From positions 41,790 to 105,789 of the forward strand of contig JBKAGS010000002.1 of the NCBI GenBank assembly GCA_046290505.1: DNA of 64,000 nucleotides. The letters are read 5' to 3'. This DNA comes from Phycisphaeraceae bacterium. Lineage in GTDB: Bacteria; Planctomycetota; Phycisphaerae; Phycisphaerales; Phycisphaeraceae. A model generated the notes under the pieces. It was not told the DNA's origin. It did not search any database and saw only the letters and a program-made list of their open reading frames with translations. Numbering within the stretch: position 1 is the stretch's first letter; each line of letters begins with the position of its first letter. Made by a program: the position numbers and the translations under genes. Of this stretch, positions 17,786-28,668 are shown in pieces.

Positions 17786-18811
17786 TCACCGCATGGCGGG
17801 GTATTGCGGCGGGCTCTTGCCAACGCGGCTCGTGAGCTTCGGGTACCGCCCGCGCGGCACCTTGTCGTGGATCGCCAGCACGGTGACCTGGTGCCACCAG
17901 TCGTCGCCGAAGTCGAACCAGTAACCGAAAGGCTCATCGACTTTCAGCCCGATCGAGGCGATCGTGGTTTTTGTCACGTCGCCCGCGGGCTTCTGGTCGC
18001 TGAAGGGGTCATCCATCGCCATGGGCAGCACGTACCTTCGGGCATCGGCATCGTGCGGACCCTTGCCGCCGACCTGGAACTCGTACATGTGCTCGTCTTC
18101 CCGGTCGTAGGCGTCGAAGATCGCGTGGTGCAGTTCCGTGAGTGTCTGATCGCCGCGGATTTCAATCGTGCGCAGGACCTCGGGGTTCTTCTTCAGAAAC
18201 GCCTTGGTGAGTGGTCCGTCGAGCAGTGCGACTTCCAACTCAAAGAGTTTGCCTGATGAGTCCACATCGACCTCCGATTCTTGGTCTGTCTCTCGATCCG
18301 CCGGGATGTAAGGGATCAGCCCGGCCTCGTAGGCCGCGACCTGCGCCCCGCGCGGCGCAGTGCGGATGTCCATGATCAACCCGTTGACCTGCAGCATCCA
18401 CGCCAACGGGTTGTTGTCCAGCCGGCTGGGCAGCGACCAATCGGGATGCAGCCGCATCAAGTCCAACTCCTCCCAGATGATTCTGTACTTCGCCTGCATC
18501 TTCGCCAATGAAACGCCCATGCCCCTGGCGAGGTCATTCGACGTCATGTGTGGCGTTTGGTTGCGATCCGTCAGGAAGTTCACCCGGCCGATCGCGTAGA
18601 CGATCCCCGCCGCCCAACCCTCCGGCTTGCCGGTGAACAGCGGCAACGCTTCGTCACAAGCTTCCGCCGCCAACTCACGACAAAGGGTGTTGTATTCATC
18701 GTTGAGATGCGCCTCGCAAAACGCATCGATCAGATTCACCAACGCGATGAACCGGTCGGCATCATCAGCCGGGATATCTTCAAGTAAATCTTGCAGATGT
18801 CCATCCATCAA
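17786..18811 (-). CDS. pRiA4b ORF-3-like domain protein
   Basis: 341-aa ORF. The C-terminal half has the family-typical IEIRGDQTLTELHHAIFDAYDREDEHMYEF and FGYWFDFGDDWWHQVTVLAI (YDFGDxWxH-type motif, from memory). GC is visibly lower than in the flanking surface-protein genes. Confidence 0.6.
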   Translation of the reverse strand: MMDGHLQDLLEDIPADDADRFIALVNLIDAFCEAHLNDEYNTLCRELAAEACDEALPLFTGKPEGWAAGIVYAIGRVNFLTDRNQTPHMTSNDLARGMGVSLAKMQAKYRIIWEELDLMRLHPDWSLPSRLDNNPLAWMLQVNGLIMDIRTAPRGAQVAAYEAGLIPYIPADRETDQESEVDVDSSGKLFELEVALLDGPLTKAFLKKNPEVLRTIEIRGDQTLTELHHAIFDAYDREDEHMYEFQVGGKGPHDADARRYVLPMAMDDPFSDQKPAGDVTKTTIASIGLKVDEPFGYWFDFGDDWWHQVTVLAIHDKVPRGRYPKLTSRVGKSPPQYPAMR

Positions 18812-18974
18812 CGCTTCTTAATCGAAGTAATCTGTTCAGAGGCGCGGTTCAATCCCGGTCCGATGAGTTCGAAGAATCGCGCGATCTCAACAGCATCGAG
18901 GCCAACGGCGGTGTTACATCTGAGGGGCCGGGGCAGGCGAGAGTCGGAGAGTTTTTGTGAGAGAACGTCGGTGT

Positions 18975-19123
18975 GTTCTCGGGCGCGTTAACAGGTCGGT
19001 CGGCAGAGATCGCGGTGGTTCTCGTAAGTCGTTGTCCTGTCTGTCAAAACCTCTCGGGCTTGCGCGGGGTACGATGCGCGCGAGAAAAAACCGCCGTGGA
19101 TACGCGGCGGCTTTGCAAGCTCC
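18975..19123. repeat. Left copy of a diverged direct repeat, homologous to the region just 3' of tRNA-Asn (63405..63554); candidate displaced att/tRNA-downstream remnant
   Basis: Colinear anchors keep the same spacing in both copies. These are gttctc-N5-cgttaaca, an exact 14-mer cgtaagtcgttgtc (19023..19036 vs 63454..63467), agaaaaaaccg 60 nt after the 14-mer in both, and aagctcc 94 nt after it in both. 27 of 46 positions are identical in the least conserved stretch. Confidence 0.7.
19085..19110 (-). terminator. Rho-independent terminator (minus strand), counterpart of the tRNA-Asn terminator
   Basis: The minus strand reads ccgccgcgtatccacggcgg followed by TTTTTT. It occupies the same position inside the repeat as the terminator at 63516..63544. 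Confidence 0.65.
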
Positions 19124-19229
19124 GCGAGACGGACGAGTTTCAAATTAAAGGCAGGCATAACCTGCTTACTGTTCTGTGTTTACGTTAATAGTCGGAGGAT
19201 GGACGCTGTGGATTCTGTTTCATTGGCGG

Positions 19230-22200
19230 TCACACCTGGCCGCCCACCCCTTTAAACTTTTCGACAAACGCAGCAATCTTCTGGAAAACGCTCTGCTTCT
19301 TGCTCAAGTACTGCGGATTCAAAGGGCTCATCTTCGGCAGGATCGCGTTGAGTTCCGTGCCATTTTCACTGGCAAACTCGCGCTTGAGTGAGGTGGTGAT
19401 GTAGCGCTTTGCGGCATCTGTGTTCAGGTTTTCACTTTGGATGAGTGTTTCTGCTTCACGCTGCTGTTCTGCTTGGGCGAACGTGAAGAAGGCGTCAATT
19501 ACGCTGGCCTTGTCGCCGATCTGGTCAAGATCGGTTTGGTTGATGAAATCGACTAACAGGCTTTCTTTAGCTCGGTTGCCGATGCTCGCACGGATTACGC
19601 GACGCACATCATCAACCAACGCTGACTTATCTTTCACCTTTTTGTTGTTCTCAAAGATCAGCTCAAGTATGTAGTCCAGGTTGATCTCCTGCGACTTCAA
19701 TAGGTCGACTTCGAATACGACATCGTCCCAGTCGATTGTGGATTGCTCTGATTCTTTACCCGCTTTCTCGCGTCTGAGCCAGTCCCGGATGTCGTTATAG
19801 GTGGACCGATAGTCTTGGATTGCACGCTCAGAAGGAACATCGATCTGTTTCAGTTTCGCGAGATCATCGTCATCGAGATAGTGTGTAGTTTTGAAATCCT
19901 CGACAGCATCAGGATCATCAAGGTCGACGCTTTGCATCGCTTTTAGCGAAGCAAACTCATCGTAGTTCTGAAGCACGTTTTCGACTTTCAGATACTCACC
20001 AAACAACTTTACGAACTGCTTCTTGTCTGCTTCTGTCTCAATCTCAGAGGGTTCGGGGAAACGCTGCTCAAGCTCGGCGACCACATCGATATAGCCACGT
20101 CTCGCTTCACCCGTAACGATGTCGGTGAAGCCCTCCATGTACTCTTTGTAGCTCTTCTCTAGAACGACGTTTCTGGTATTCGCGTCGCCGAAGAGTGTGA
20201 TGGCGTCAATTGTTGCCTGTTCAAGATCACGGAAAGTGACAATGTTGCCAAAGGTTTTAGTGGCGTCGAAAATTCGGTTGGTTCGAGAATATGCCTGCAT
20301 CAATCCGTGGTAACGCAGGTTTTTATCAACAAATAATGTGTTGAGTGTTGGCGCATCAAAGCCGGTCAGGAACATTCCAACCACGATCAATAAGTCGATG
20401 TCCTGATCCTTGACTCGCTTTGCAAGGTCTCGATAGTAGTTTTGAAAACCATTGCTATCGATACCAAAGTTGGTCTTGAAAAATACGTTGTAATCGGTAA
20501 TGGCGGCAGCCAGAAACTCTTTGGCCGTGCTATCCATAGCCGACACCTCGAAGCTTTCATCCACGATTTCGCCGACAGCATTCTGCTCTTCATTGGCTGC
20601 GAACGAAAAGATGGTGGCAACCTTGAGTGGCTTGGCAGCATCTTGCTGTAGACGCTTGAATGCTTCGTAATAACACTTTGCCGCATCGACGCTGCTGACA
20701 GCAAACATGGCATTAAAGCCCTTGTTGCTTCCTTTGGTGCGATGCGTTTTCTGTCGAAAGTTATTCAACACGTACCGAGTGACCTCATTGATCCGATCGG
20801 GGTGGAGGAGAGCTTTTTTGTTCTCTGCAGCGGTAAGTTTCTTCTCATCTTGCTCGGATTCAATTGCCTTGAACTGAGGGCGCACGTCGTTGTAGTCGAC
20901 TTTGAACTTCAGCACCTTTTCGTCGCGTATAGCGTCGGTGATCACATAAGAATGAAGTTCACGGCCAAAAACACCGGACGTAGTATCCGCCCCTAGCGCA
21001 TTCTCAGGGAAGATCGGCGTTCCCGTGAAACCGAATTGGTAATACCGCTTGAACTTCTTCTTCAGGTTCTTCTGCGCTTCGCCGAATTGGCTGCGGTGGC
21101 ACTCGTCGAAGATGAATACAACCTGCTTCTGGTAAACCGGGAGTTCGCCCTCGCCCTTCATGAGATTGTTGAGCTTCTGGATCGTTGTGACAATGATCTT
21201 GTTGTCATCTTTGTCCAGATTTTGTCTCAACCCAGCCGTGCTGTCCGAACCATTAACGCTGTCAGGGGAGAATCGCTGGTACTCCTTCATTGTCTGGTAG
21301 TCGAGGTCCTTGCGGTCCACCACGAAAAAGACTTTGTCTATGAAATCCAGCTCCGTCGCTAAGCGAGCGGCCTTGAAGCTTGTCAGCGTCTTGCCTGAGC
21401 CTGTCGTATGCCAGATGTAGCCGCCGCCGTCGGGCTTACTCCAGTTCTTGGCCTCGTAGGAACTGGTCACCTTCCAAATAATCCGCTCGGTCGCCGCGAT
21501 CTGGTAGGGCCGCATGATGAGCAGGGTATCGCTCACATCAAAGACCGAGTACTTCAGCAAGACTTCTAGTAGCGTCTTTTTCTGAAAGAATGTCGCGGTG
21601 AAGTCTTTCAGGTCTTTGATTAGACCGTTGTCCGCCTTGGCCCAGTGCATCGTAAAGTCAAAACTGTTCTTATTGCGCTGGGTTGTGTTTGCGAAGTACC
21701 GGCTGTCGGTCCCGTTCGAGATCACGAAGATTTGAAGATACTTGAATAGGGAGTTGTCGCTGTTGAAACTTTCTTTGCTGTAGCGGTGTACCTGGTTAAA
21801 GGCCTCTCTGATCGCTACCCCGCGCTTCTTCAGTTCAACTTGCACAAGTGGCAAGCCATTGACAAGGATGGTCACGTCGTACCGATTCGCGTGAGTACCC
21901 GTCTGCTCAAACTGCGAGATCACCTGAACCTTGTTGCGGGCGATATTCTTTTTGTCCACAAGGTAGATGTTTTGAATATGCCCGTCATCAAAGACAAAGT
22001 CGTTGATATAGTCGTCGTGGATTTTTCGGGTTTTATCGACGATGGTGTCGCTGGGCTTGTCCAGGTAGGTTTCAACAAAGCGCAGCCATTCGCCGTGGCT
22101 GAACTCCATTTTGTTCAACGCCTGTAGCTGAACACGAACATTCGCAAGCATTGCTTCGGGTGTCTTAATGCCTGTCGCGTACTCGTAGCCTTGGCTTTGA

Positions 22201-22331
22201 AGGTCCTTAAGCAGTTCTTGCTCTAGGTCGTGCTCGCTCTGGTAGGAGTCCGCCGCATCAGATGCTCGCGTATACTTGTCGAGCACGATGAAGTTGTTGG
22301 ATTCCGCGATAGGCTTGGTGAAGTCAGGCAT
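19230..22331 (-). CDS. hsdR: Type I restriction enzyme R subunit
   Basis: 1033 aa. SF2 helicase motifs [13 protein letters not shown] (Walker A) and [12 protein letters not shown] (DEAH-like). The ATG overlaps the upstream gene stop by 8 nt. Confidence 0.9.
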   Translation of the reverse strand: MPDFTKPIAESNNFIVLDKYTRASDAADSYQSEHDLEQELLKDLQSQGYEYATGIKTPEAMLANVRVQLQALNKMEFSHGEWLRFVETYLDKPSDTIVDKTRKIHDDYINDFVFDDGHIQNIYLVDKKNIARNKVQVISQFEQTGTHANRYDVTILVNGLPLVQVELKKRGVAIREAFNQVHRYSKESFNSDNSLFKYLQIFVISNGTDSRYFANTTQRNKNSFDFTMHWAKADNGLIKDLKDFTATFFQKKTLLEVLLKYSVFDVSDTLLIMRPYQIAATERIIWKVTSSYEAKNWSKPDGGGYIWHTTGSGKTLTSFKAARLATELDFIDKVFFVVDRKDLDYQTMKEYQRFSPDSVNGSDSTAGLRQNLDKDDNKIIVTTIQKLNNLMKGEGELPVYQKQVVFIFDECHRSQFGEAQKNLKKKFKRYYQFGFTGTPIFPENALGADTTSGVFGRELHSYVITDAIRDEKVLKFKVDYNDVRPQFKAIESEQDEKKLTAAENKKALLHPDRINEVTRYVLNNFRQKTHRTKGSNKGFNAMFAVSSVDAAKCYYEAFKRLQQDAAKPLKVATIFSFAANEEQNAVGEIVDESFEVSAMDSTAKEFLAAAITDYNVFFKTNFGIDSNGFQNYYRDLAKRVKDQDIDLLIVVGMFLTGFDAPTLNTLFVDKNLRYHGLMQAYSRTNRIFDATKTFGNIVTFRDLEQATIDAITLFGDANTRNVVLEKSYKEYMEGFTDIVTGEARRGYIDVVAELEQRFPEPSEIETEADKKQFVKLFGEYLKVENVLQNYDEFASLKAMQSVDLDDPDAVEDFKTTHYLDDDDLAKLKQIDVPSERAIQDYRSTYNDIRDWLRREKAGKESEQSTIDWDDVVFEVDLLKSQEINLDYILELIFENNKKVKDKSALVDDVRRVIRASIGNRAKESLLVDFINQTDLDQIGDKASVIDAFFTFAQAEQQREAETLIQSENLNTDAAKRYITTSLKREFASENGTELNAILPKMSPLNPQYLSKKQSVFQKIAAFVEKFKGVGGQV

Positions 22332-23493
22332 TTACGACCTCCGGCTGCCAGAACCGATATTGACTGGCTAAATGTTCGACCAGGAACTTCACCATCTGCT
22401 TTTCTTCATCAGTCGGCTCTGCGATCTCTTCATTGGATAGCGAGCGATGGCTGTAAAAATGCATGATGCGCTTTGCATATGCGGCCTTGTCGCCAGGCAG
22501 CAGGTCCGACCATTGCTGGTAACCTAAGAAGCTGGCGGCCTTCTCATACAAATTTCGCAATAAATTGAAGTGGTATCGCTGCACGGCCCTTTCCTCGACA
22601 GCGCGTTCTATGAGGCGTTTGATATGCAGGTGATAGGAGAAGCTGGTATTTGAGTCGCCGCGCTTAGCCTCAAATTCGAATCCCGCTTTATCAGTGCGCC
22701 GGAGTATGTACCCCTCACTCGGCTTCAGTTCACTGAAAAGTACGTTGTAAAACAACGTGCTGTGCGTCGATATGATGAACTTGAGGCCGGACTGGCTTGA
22801 TTTAATCAGTGCAGATAAGTCAACCGCCAGTTGAATAAGATGGTTTTCATCAAGCGAACTAACCGGGTCATCGATGAAAATGTACTCGAGCGCATCAAAC
22901 TGATTCGCCTCACGTTCGGCAGGCTCGGCGACGTTGAGCACGCCGATCACCTGCTCTAGCACCGCATAGAAGATGCTCCAGATGAAGTTGCTTTCTTCGC
23001 CCTTCGAGATTTTTACGTTGTCCGTTTTCTGATCGTCTCCTCTCTCGAACGAGAAGGTGACTTCCGAGAACGCGGGTATCGTTCGCTCCGTGCCGTCCTG
23101 ATCCGTGATCTTGTAGGCTTCGTTGAACTTTGGCGTGAGCTTGTCGTCGGTATAGCGTTGGAAATGTCCGATCGCGTTTCGGTCTTGGCCCTGTTCGACG
23201 AGGGCCCATTCGGTATAAGTGTTTGGCTGGATACGCAACTTTCTCGCAACGTCTCCATCGAGATCGTTATCCCAATAGAACAGGTCTTCCGTGAAGGCGT
23301 TGTAGTAAAGGATTTTGTTGCGGGCGGGCTGGCCATCCTCCTGATCGTCTGCGGCGACTTGCTTAGGCGCGACTAGTTCCTTGAACTCCCGTGACAGCCG
23401 GGTCTTGCCCGAGCCGTTGAAGGCGTAGATCAGCTGAACCTTCTTGTCGCTGTCTTTGAGCTGCTGTGCGATCTGGGCAAGGGTTTGGCTCAT
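22324..23493 (-). CDS. prrC: PrrC-like ABC-type ATPase / putative anticodon nuclease (AAA_13 family) embedded in the type I R-M operon
   Basis: 389 aa, in the prrC position between hsdS and hsdR. Walker A FNGSGKT (25-31), signature-like ISKGEES, Walker [14 protein letters not shown]-terminal R313-x31-H345-x3-H349 has the same spacing as the PrrC R320/N352/H356 triad as I recall it (N replaced by H). Confidence 0.6.
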   Translation of the reverse strand: MSQTLAQIAQQLKDSDKKVQLIYAFNGSGKTRLSREFKELVAPKQVAADDQEDGQPARNKILYYNAFTEDLFYWDNDLDGDVARKLRIQPNTYTEWALVEQGQDRNAIGHFQRYTDDKLTPKFNEAYKITDQDGTERTIPAFSEVTFSFERGDDQKTDNVKISKGEESNFIWSIFYAVLEQVIGVLNVAEPAEREANQFDALEYIFIDDPVSSLDENHLIQLAVDLSALIKSSQSGLKFIISTHSTLFYNVLFSELKPSEGYILRRTDKAGFEFEAKRGDSNTSFSYHLHIKRLIERAVEERAVQRYHFNLLRNLYEKAASFLGYQQWSDLLPGDKAAYAKRIMHFYSHRSLSNEEIAEPTDEEKQMVKFLVEHLASQYRFWQPEVVNA

Positions 23494-23494
23494 G

Positions 23495-24115
23495 CTATGC
23501 CGCCGCCTCCTCAGCCTGGGGGAACGTCAATAATTGGTCGCGGTAGTACTCGTATTGCTTGCGACGAGCCTTGATTTCGGCGGGCAAGCCGTCGGTAAGG
23601 TCGTTCACTAGTGCATCAAATTTGTCGAGTATGCCGACGATGCGGTCCTGCTCTGCCCGTGATTTCTTTGGGTCGTCGGGGTAGGGGATGGGGATGCTAA
23701 TCTTGGCCAATTTCTTTGCTGACACGTCGATGACCTTTGCGCCGGTTGCCTGCTTTCTCTTCTGTGCGAAGAAGTGTGGGGTCTGCAGGCAGTAGGATAT
23801 GTACGTTGGGTTCTGCTGATGCTTGAATACGGTTGCGTGACCGCCGGTCACAATTTGGGCATCTCCCAGCCATGCGACCCCTTTGCAAACACCCTCAATA
23901 TCTTCACTTGTATTCGTGATGATCAGGTCGCCCGGGTCAACCTTAGCGAGCTTCTCAGCTTTTTGGGGCGGGATGAATGAGATCGTTTCATTCGCCCATG
24001 TCTTATAGTGGGTGTAGATTTGCCCGTAATGGATACAGCCGACCCCCGACTCGGCGAAGTCAGACTTTGGCATCCCATTGCCGCGAACAAATGTGCCGAT
24101 CTCATCCAAGGTCAT
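23495..24115 (-). CDS. hsdS: Type I R-M specificity subunit, downstream half (TRD2 + distal conserved helix)
   Basis: 206 aa. TRD-like N-terminus MTLDEIGTFVRGNGMPKSDF. Conserved-region C-terminus RAEQDRIVGILDKFDALVNDL...IKARRKQYEYYRDQLLTF. The ATG at 24115 lies 5 nt after the upstream half's stop. Confidence 0.8.
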   Translation of the reverse strand: MTLDEIGTFVRGNGMPKSDFAESGVGCIHYGQIYTHYKTWANETISFIPPQKAEKLAKVDPGDLIITNTSEDIEGVCKGVAWLGDAQIVTGGHATVFKHQQNPTYISYCLQTPHFFAQKRKQATGAKVIDVSAKKLAKISIPIPYPDDPKKSRAEQDRIVGILDKFDALVNDLTDGLPAEIKARRKQYEYYRDQLLTFPQAEEAAA

Positions 24116-24120
24116 CCACC

Positions 24121-24785
<665 letters not shown>

Positions 24786-24789
<4 letters not shown>

Positions 24790-26342
24790 GCCTCTACCTC
24801 CACCTCTTCGATCTGCGCAACGATCTTGTCAATCTCTGTTCGCAAAACGGACTGACGCCTGACGATACCTTTGATGTCTGCATTGAGTTTGGTGATGTCG
24901 ATTACTTCACGTGAATCCTTCGGATCGACATAGCTACTCACCGAGAGGTTATAGTCATTTGCGGCAACATCCTCGAAGCTGATCGACTTGGCAAAGTGGT
25001 CGATGTCAGCCTTTGTATCGAAGGCCTCCATGATGGCTTTGATGTGGGTGTCTTCAAGGACGTTGTTGTTGGTCTTTTTCTTAAAAAGGCCACTGGCATC
25101 GATGAACTGAGTGGTGGTTTCAGTTTTGTGCTTGGAGAGCACCAAAATATTCACGGCGATTGAGGTGCCGTAGAACAAGTTGGGGGCAAGCGAGATGACG
25201 GTTTCGACGTAGTTGTTGTCAACGAGGTACTGGCGGATTTTCTGTTCCGCGCCGCTTCGGTAGAAGATGCCGGGGAAGCAGACGATGGCGGCTCGGCCCT
25301 TGCTGGAGAGGTAGCTGAGGGCGTGCATGACGAAGGCGAAGTCGGCTTTGGACTTCGGGGCGAGCGCGCCCGCGGGGGCGAAGCGTTCGTCGTTGATCAG
25401 GGTGGGGTCGTCCGAACCGATCCACTTCACGGAGTACGGGGGGTTGGAGACGATGGCGTCAAAGGGTTTGTCGCTGCCGAAGTGGGGCTTGAGCAAGGTG
25501 TTGCCGAGCTTGATGTTGAACTTGTCGTAGTTGATGTTGTGCAGGAACATGTTCATACGAGCGAGGTTGTAGGTCGTATGGTTGATTTCCTGGCCGAAGA
25601 AGCCTTCTTCGATGATATGAGCGTCGAAGTGCTTTTTGGCCTGGAGTAGCAGTGAGCCCGACCCGGCAGCGGGGTCGTAGATTTTGTTGACGCTGGTTTG
25701 TTTGTGCATCGCGAGTTGTGCGATGAGGCGAGAGACGTGCTGCGGGGTGAAGAATTCGCCGCCGGACTTGCCGGCGTTGGCGGCGTAGTTGGAGATGAGG
25801 AACTCGTAGGCGTCGCCGAAGAGGTCGATCTGGCTGCCGTGGAAGTCGCCGAAGTCGAGGCCCGCGACACCTTTGAGCACGGCCGCGAGGCGTGTGTTCT
25901 TGTCGGCAACGGTGTTACCCAGGCGGTTGCTGGTGGTATCGAAGTCGGCGAAGAGGCCTTTGATGTCCTCTTCGGAGGCGTAGCCATTAGCGGAGCTTTC
26001 GATGGCAGCGAAGATGGAGGCGAGGTCGGTGTTGAGACTCTCGTTGTCGTTGGCTTTCTTGGTTACGTTGACGAAGAGCTGGCTGGGGTAGATGAAGTAG
26101 CCCTTGGTCTTGACCGCGTCCTCTTTGATCTCGGGGGTGATGATGTCGTCTTCCAACTGGGCATAATTGACGCTTTCATCGTCGGCTTCGATGTAGCTGG
26201 CGAAGTTCTCGCTGATAAAGCGGTAGAACAGCGCGCCGAGGACGTACTGTTTGAAGTCCCATCCATCGACGGCACCGCGGACATCGTTGGCGATGGCCCA
26301 GATGGCTTTGTGCAAGGCGTCTCGTTGTGCTTGACTGGTCAT
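24786..26342 (-). CDS. hsdM: Type I R-M N6-adenine DNA methyltransferase subunit
   Basis: 518 aa. HsdM-type N-terminus ([36 protein letters not shown]). Catalytic motif [11 protein letters not shown]. AdoMet-binding motif [12 protein letters not shown]. Confidence 0.9.
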
Positions 26343-26384
26343 GCGTGTTCGTTTTCTCGGTTCGTCGTTTTACTAGGGGCGTAT

Positions 26385-27440
26385 TTAGTCTGCCTGGTCG
26401 GTATCGCTAGACGCCACGGTCCAGACGCGCTTAAGCGGTATTTCCGCTCTTAAATCGTCGTCGAGTTTGTCGTAGACGGCGAGGAACTGGTCGATCAGGT
26501 CGTTCTGATCCCACAGCCTAACTTTGAAGAAGAGTCGCGGGACCTCGGCCATGATCGTCTTCTTGAATCCGCCCCAACAGACGAGCAGGCCCTGGTCGGC
26601 CCCGACGTGCTGCATCGTGCCGACGAGCTGATCGAGCACGGGGCGTTCCAGTGCCGAGTCCTGGCTTTTTACCTGCACGCAGATGCGCGGCTGGCCGAAG
26701 CCCAGCGTGTCGGGCGCGGCGAGGATGTCGATACCGCCGTCCGCGCCTTTTGTGCTGTGGTGAGTGGTGAAGCCTTGGGCGTTGAGGATCGCTTCGACAA
26801 GAGACTCGAGGCCGTGGCCTTTGTACTGGGCGTAGATCGTCCTGGCGATCTGGTCGCGGGCGATTTGTTCGAGGTCAAACTCGGTTGCCGATTCTTCGTC
26901 GGTGGCGATTTCATCATCCGATGATTCGAGGGCAGGTTTGGCCTTCACGCCGACGGACTTCCAGCCATTGGTCTTCATTGCACGGATGCGGGCCTCGGCG
27001 TCGTTGCGTTTGATCTGGCAGATCGTGGAGAAGGCCCCGAGCGAGTGCAGGAGGTCCTGGTCGAAGTTGGTGCGCGGGATGTCGGTGGCGATCCACTTCA
27101 CGGTGCGGTGGTGGAAGTACGGGTCTTCGGCTTTCGCTTCGTAGGTGTAGTCGCTGGTGATCTCGCCGATATGGATAGTCTTCCGCTTGCTGGGCATGCA
27201 GACCCAGTCGCCCTTAGCCATGCGTTGGGTGAAGGCCCAGATTTGGCCGGAGTGCTGGCGTCGTTTGTTGACGCCCGCCTTGGGGTAGACCTCGGCGAGC
27301 ACGGACATCAGGTCGTCGCGAGTGGTCAGTTTGGCCAGGTTTTTGTTCAGGCCCCACCAGGTTAGATAGATTCGGCCATCATCCAGAAACTTGGATTCGT
27401 GCTCGCAGTGACGTCCGGATCGGTTTAGCCATAGAGCCAT
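26385..27440 (-). CDS. mrr: Mrr-family (type IV-like) restriction endonuclease
   Basis: 351 aa. C-terminal Mrr catalytic core HSTKGADGGIDILAAP...RICVQVKSQ. The N-terminal region is typical of this family (WLNRSGRH.EHE...; TDIPRTNFDQDLLHSLGAFSTICQIKRNDAEARI). GGAG lies 9 nt upstream of the ATG. Confidence 0.75.
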   Translation of the reverse strand: MALWLNRSGRHCEHESKFLDDGRIYLTWWGLNKNLAKLTTRDDLMSVLAEVYPKAGVNKRRQHSGQIWAFTQRMAKGDWVCMPSKRKTIHIGEITSDYTYEAKAEDPYFHHRTVKWIATDIPRTNFDQDLLHSLGAFSTICQIKRNDAEARIRAMKTNGWKSVGVKAKPALESSDDEIATDEESATEFDLEQIARDQIARTIYAQYKGHGLESLVEAILNAQGFTTHHSTKGADGGIDILAAPDTLGFGQPRICVQVKSQDSALERPVLDQLVGTMQHVGADQGLLVCWGGFKKTIMAEVPRLFFKVRLWDQNDLIDQFLAVYDKLDDDLRAEIPLKRVWTVASSDTDQAD

Positions 27441-27671
27441 CGGCTTGCTCCGTTTGATGAACTGCCCGGGCGATTCAGATGGGGTGGGCGGACCGCCCCC
27501 TACGGCCCCATGAGACGCTGGAACAGCATTTCACCCGTTCTAGGGGGTGGTGTCAATAAACGGCTATTCAATCAGGACTTGCCGTAGATAAAAACGCCCG
27601 GCCAGCGTTAAGCCGGCTCGGACGCTTCCGGGGGCAGTGATGTAAGAATCCTACCGCGCTGGGCGGTATGG

Positions 27672-28040
27672 TCAACCGTTCGGCGGGGTGTTTACTGGCG
27701 GCTCGTCGGCTGCCAGGCGTTGATCGTGGGATCGTTTGGCGAGGTTCTCCCAGTCGGGCTGCGTGCCCGCCGCCTGGTATGCCTTCCGCGCTTCACGGAT
27801 AGCGGCATGGAGTTCGGGCCACACTTGTGACTCGTCTTCAGCTTCGAACAGATGCCCGATCGCACGCAGCCGATAGGCGTAGCCCTCTCGCGCTTCGGTG
27901 AGGAGCACAAGTGCCGCGCCCAGGTGCTTCTCGACGCACGCAATGCAACTCGGTCGGGTCGGGGTCAGGCCACGCCGTGGGATGACCAGTGGCGGGCAGT
28001 TGGTGCACGGCTTCTGCTTGGGTGTGACTGGATTGGGCAT
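27672..28040 (-). CDS. Hypothetical Cys-rich phage protein (last prophage gene before the defence module)
   Basis: 122-aa ORF with an ATG start. Two CxxC pairs (CTNC...CIAC) followed by a helical region. GC is similar to the rest of the prophage. Confidence 0.5.
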   Translation of the reverse strand: MPNPVTPKQKPCTNCPPLVIPRRGLTPTRPSCIACVEKHLGAALVLLTEAREGYAYRLRAIGHLFEAEDESQVWPELHAAIREARKAYQAAGTQPDWENLAKRSHDQRLAADEPPVNTPPNG

Positions 28041-28050
28041 AACGGGATTC

Positions 28051-28668
28051 CTATACGGGTACGAAGGTCAAGTCGAACCGATACCACGCGCCGGCGTGGT
28101 AAAGCGCATCGTTGGTCGTCGCGTCGATAAAGAGTGTGTGGACGCCCGGCGCAAGGACGACCTGTTGCGGTGGCGCGGGGTTGGAGACGACCGGGCCCAT
28201 GCCGCCTTCGCAGCCGAGTTGTCCGCCCGGGGCGTGTGCCGAGCCGATTAGGCCACCGTCCACGAAGAGGCTCATTAGCTCGAAGTCGGGGTCCTGAGTC
28301 TCGCCCTCGCCTGACCACGCGATGGTCATCGTCACGGCGAACGGCACGATGATCTCGGCGGTCGCGGTCGCCGACTGGGTGTATGGGTTGTAGCTCTGGC
28401 AGTTGTCGTCGTCTTCCCAGTCGAGGCGCAGGCCAAGGCCACCATTCAAAATCGACCACGGACTCGCGGGTACATCGCCGGGGTTGTCATAGGCGCGGAA
28501 GGCTCCGTCCTGTCCGCCGGTGATAAAACCGTCGTCGGTGAAGGACCAGGTCTGCGAGAAGGTCACGCAGCAGCAGTCTTCGAATGCCTGCTGGTCGATG
28601 AGCACCGGGAACCCGTTCTGCACCGGGAACCAGCCCGCGGTCTTGTTCCAGTAGTACGGCCCGGGCAT
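28051..28668 (-). CDS. Putative tail fibre / receptor-binding accessory protein
   Basis: The internal ATG at 28668 overlaps the upstream stop (TGATG). About 205 aa, Gly/Trp/Asp-rich and beta-rich in appearance. Assigned by position after the large tail protein. Confidence 0.45.
   Translation of the reverse strand: MPGPYYWNKTAGWFPVQNGFPVLIDQQAFEDCCCVTFSQTWSFTDDGFITGGQDGAFRAYDNPGDVPASPWSILNGGLGLRLDWEDDDNCQSYNPYTQSATATAEIIVPFAVTMTIAWSGEGETQDPDFELMSLFVDGGLIGSAHAPGGQLGCEGGMGPVVSNPAPPQQVVLAPGVHTLFIDATTNDALYHAGAWYRFDLTFVPV

Noticed and set aside
19151-19165. Hairpin GCAGG-cataa-CCTGC downstream of hsdR, considered as the hsdR terminator.
   Set aside because: It has only a 5-bp stem and an interrupted T-run. 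The stronger inherited terminator at 19085..19110 probably does the job.
27441-27671. A second att-like copy or boundary between the R-M module and the prophage, which would make them two independent elements.
   Set aside because: I looked for the repeat anchors (cgtaagtcgttgtc, agaaaaaaccg, aagctcc) and for tRNA 3'-end sequence here and found none. Only a chance ccggggg heptamer and a weak 5-bp hairpin (27598..27616) are present. Independent origin of the module is still possible.
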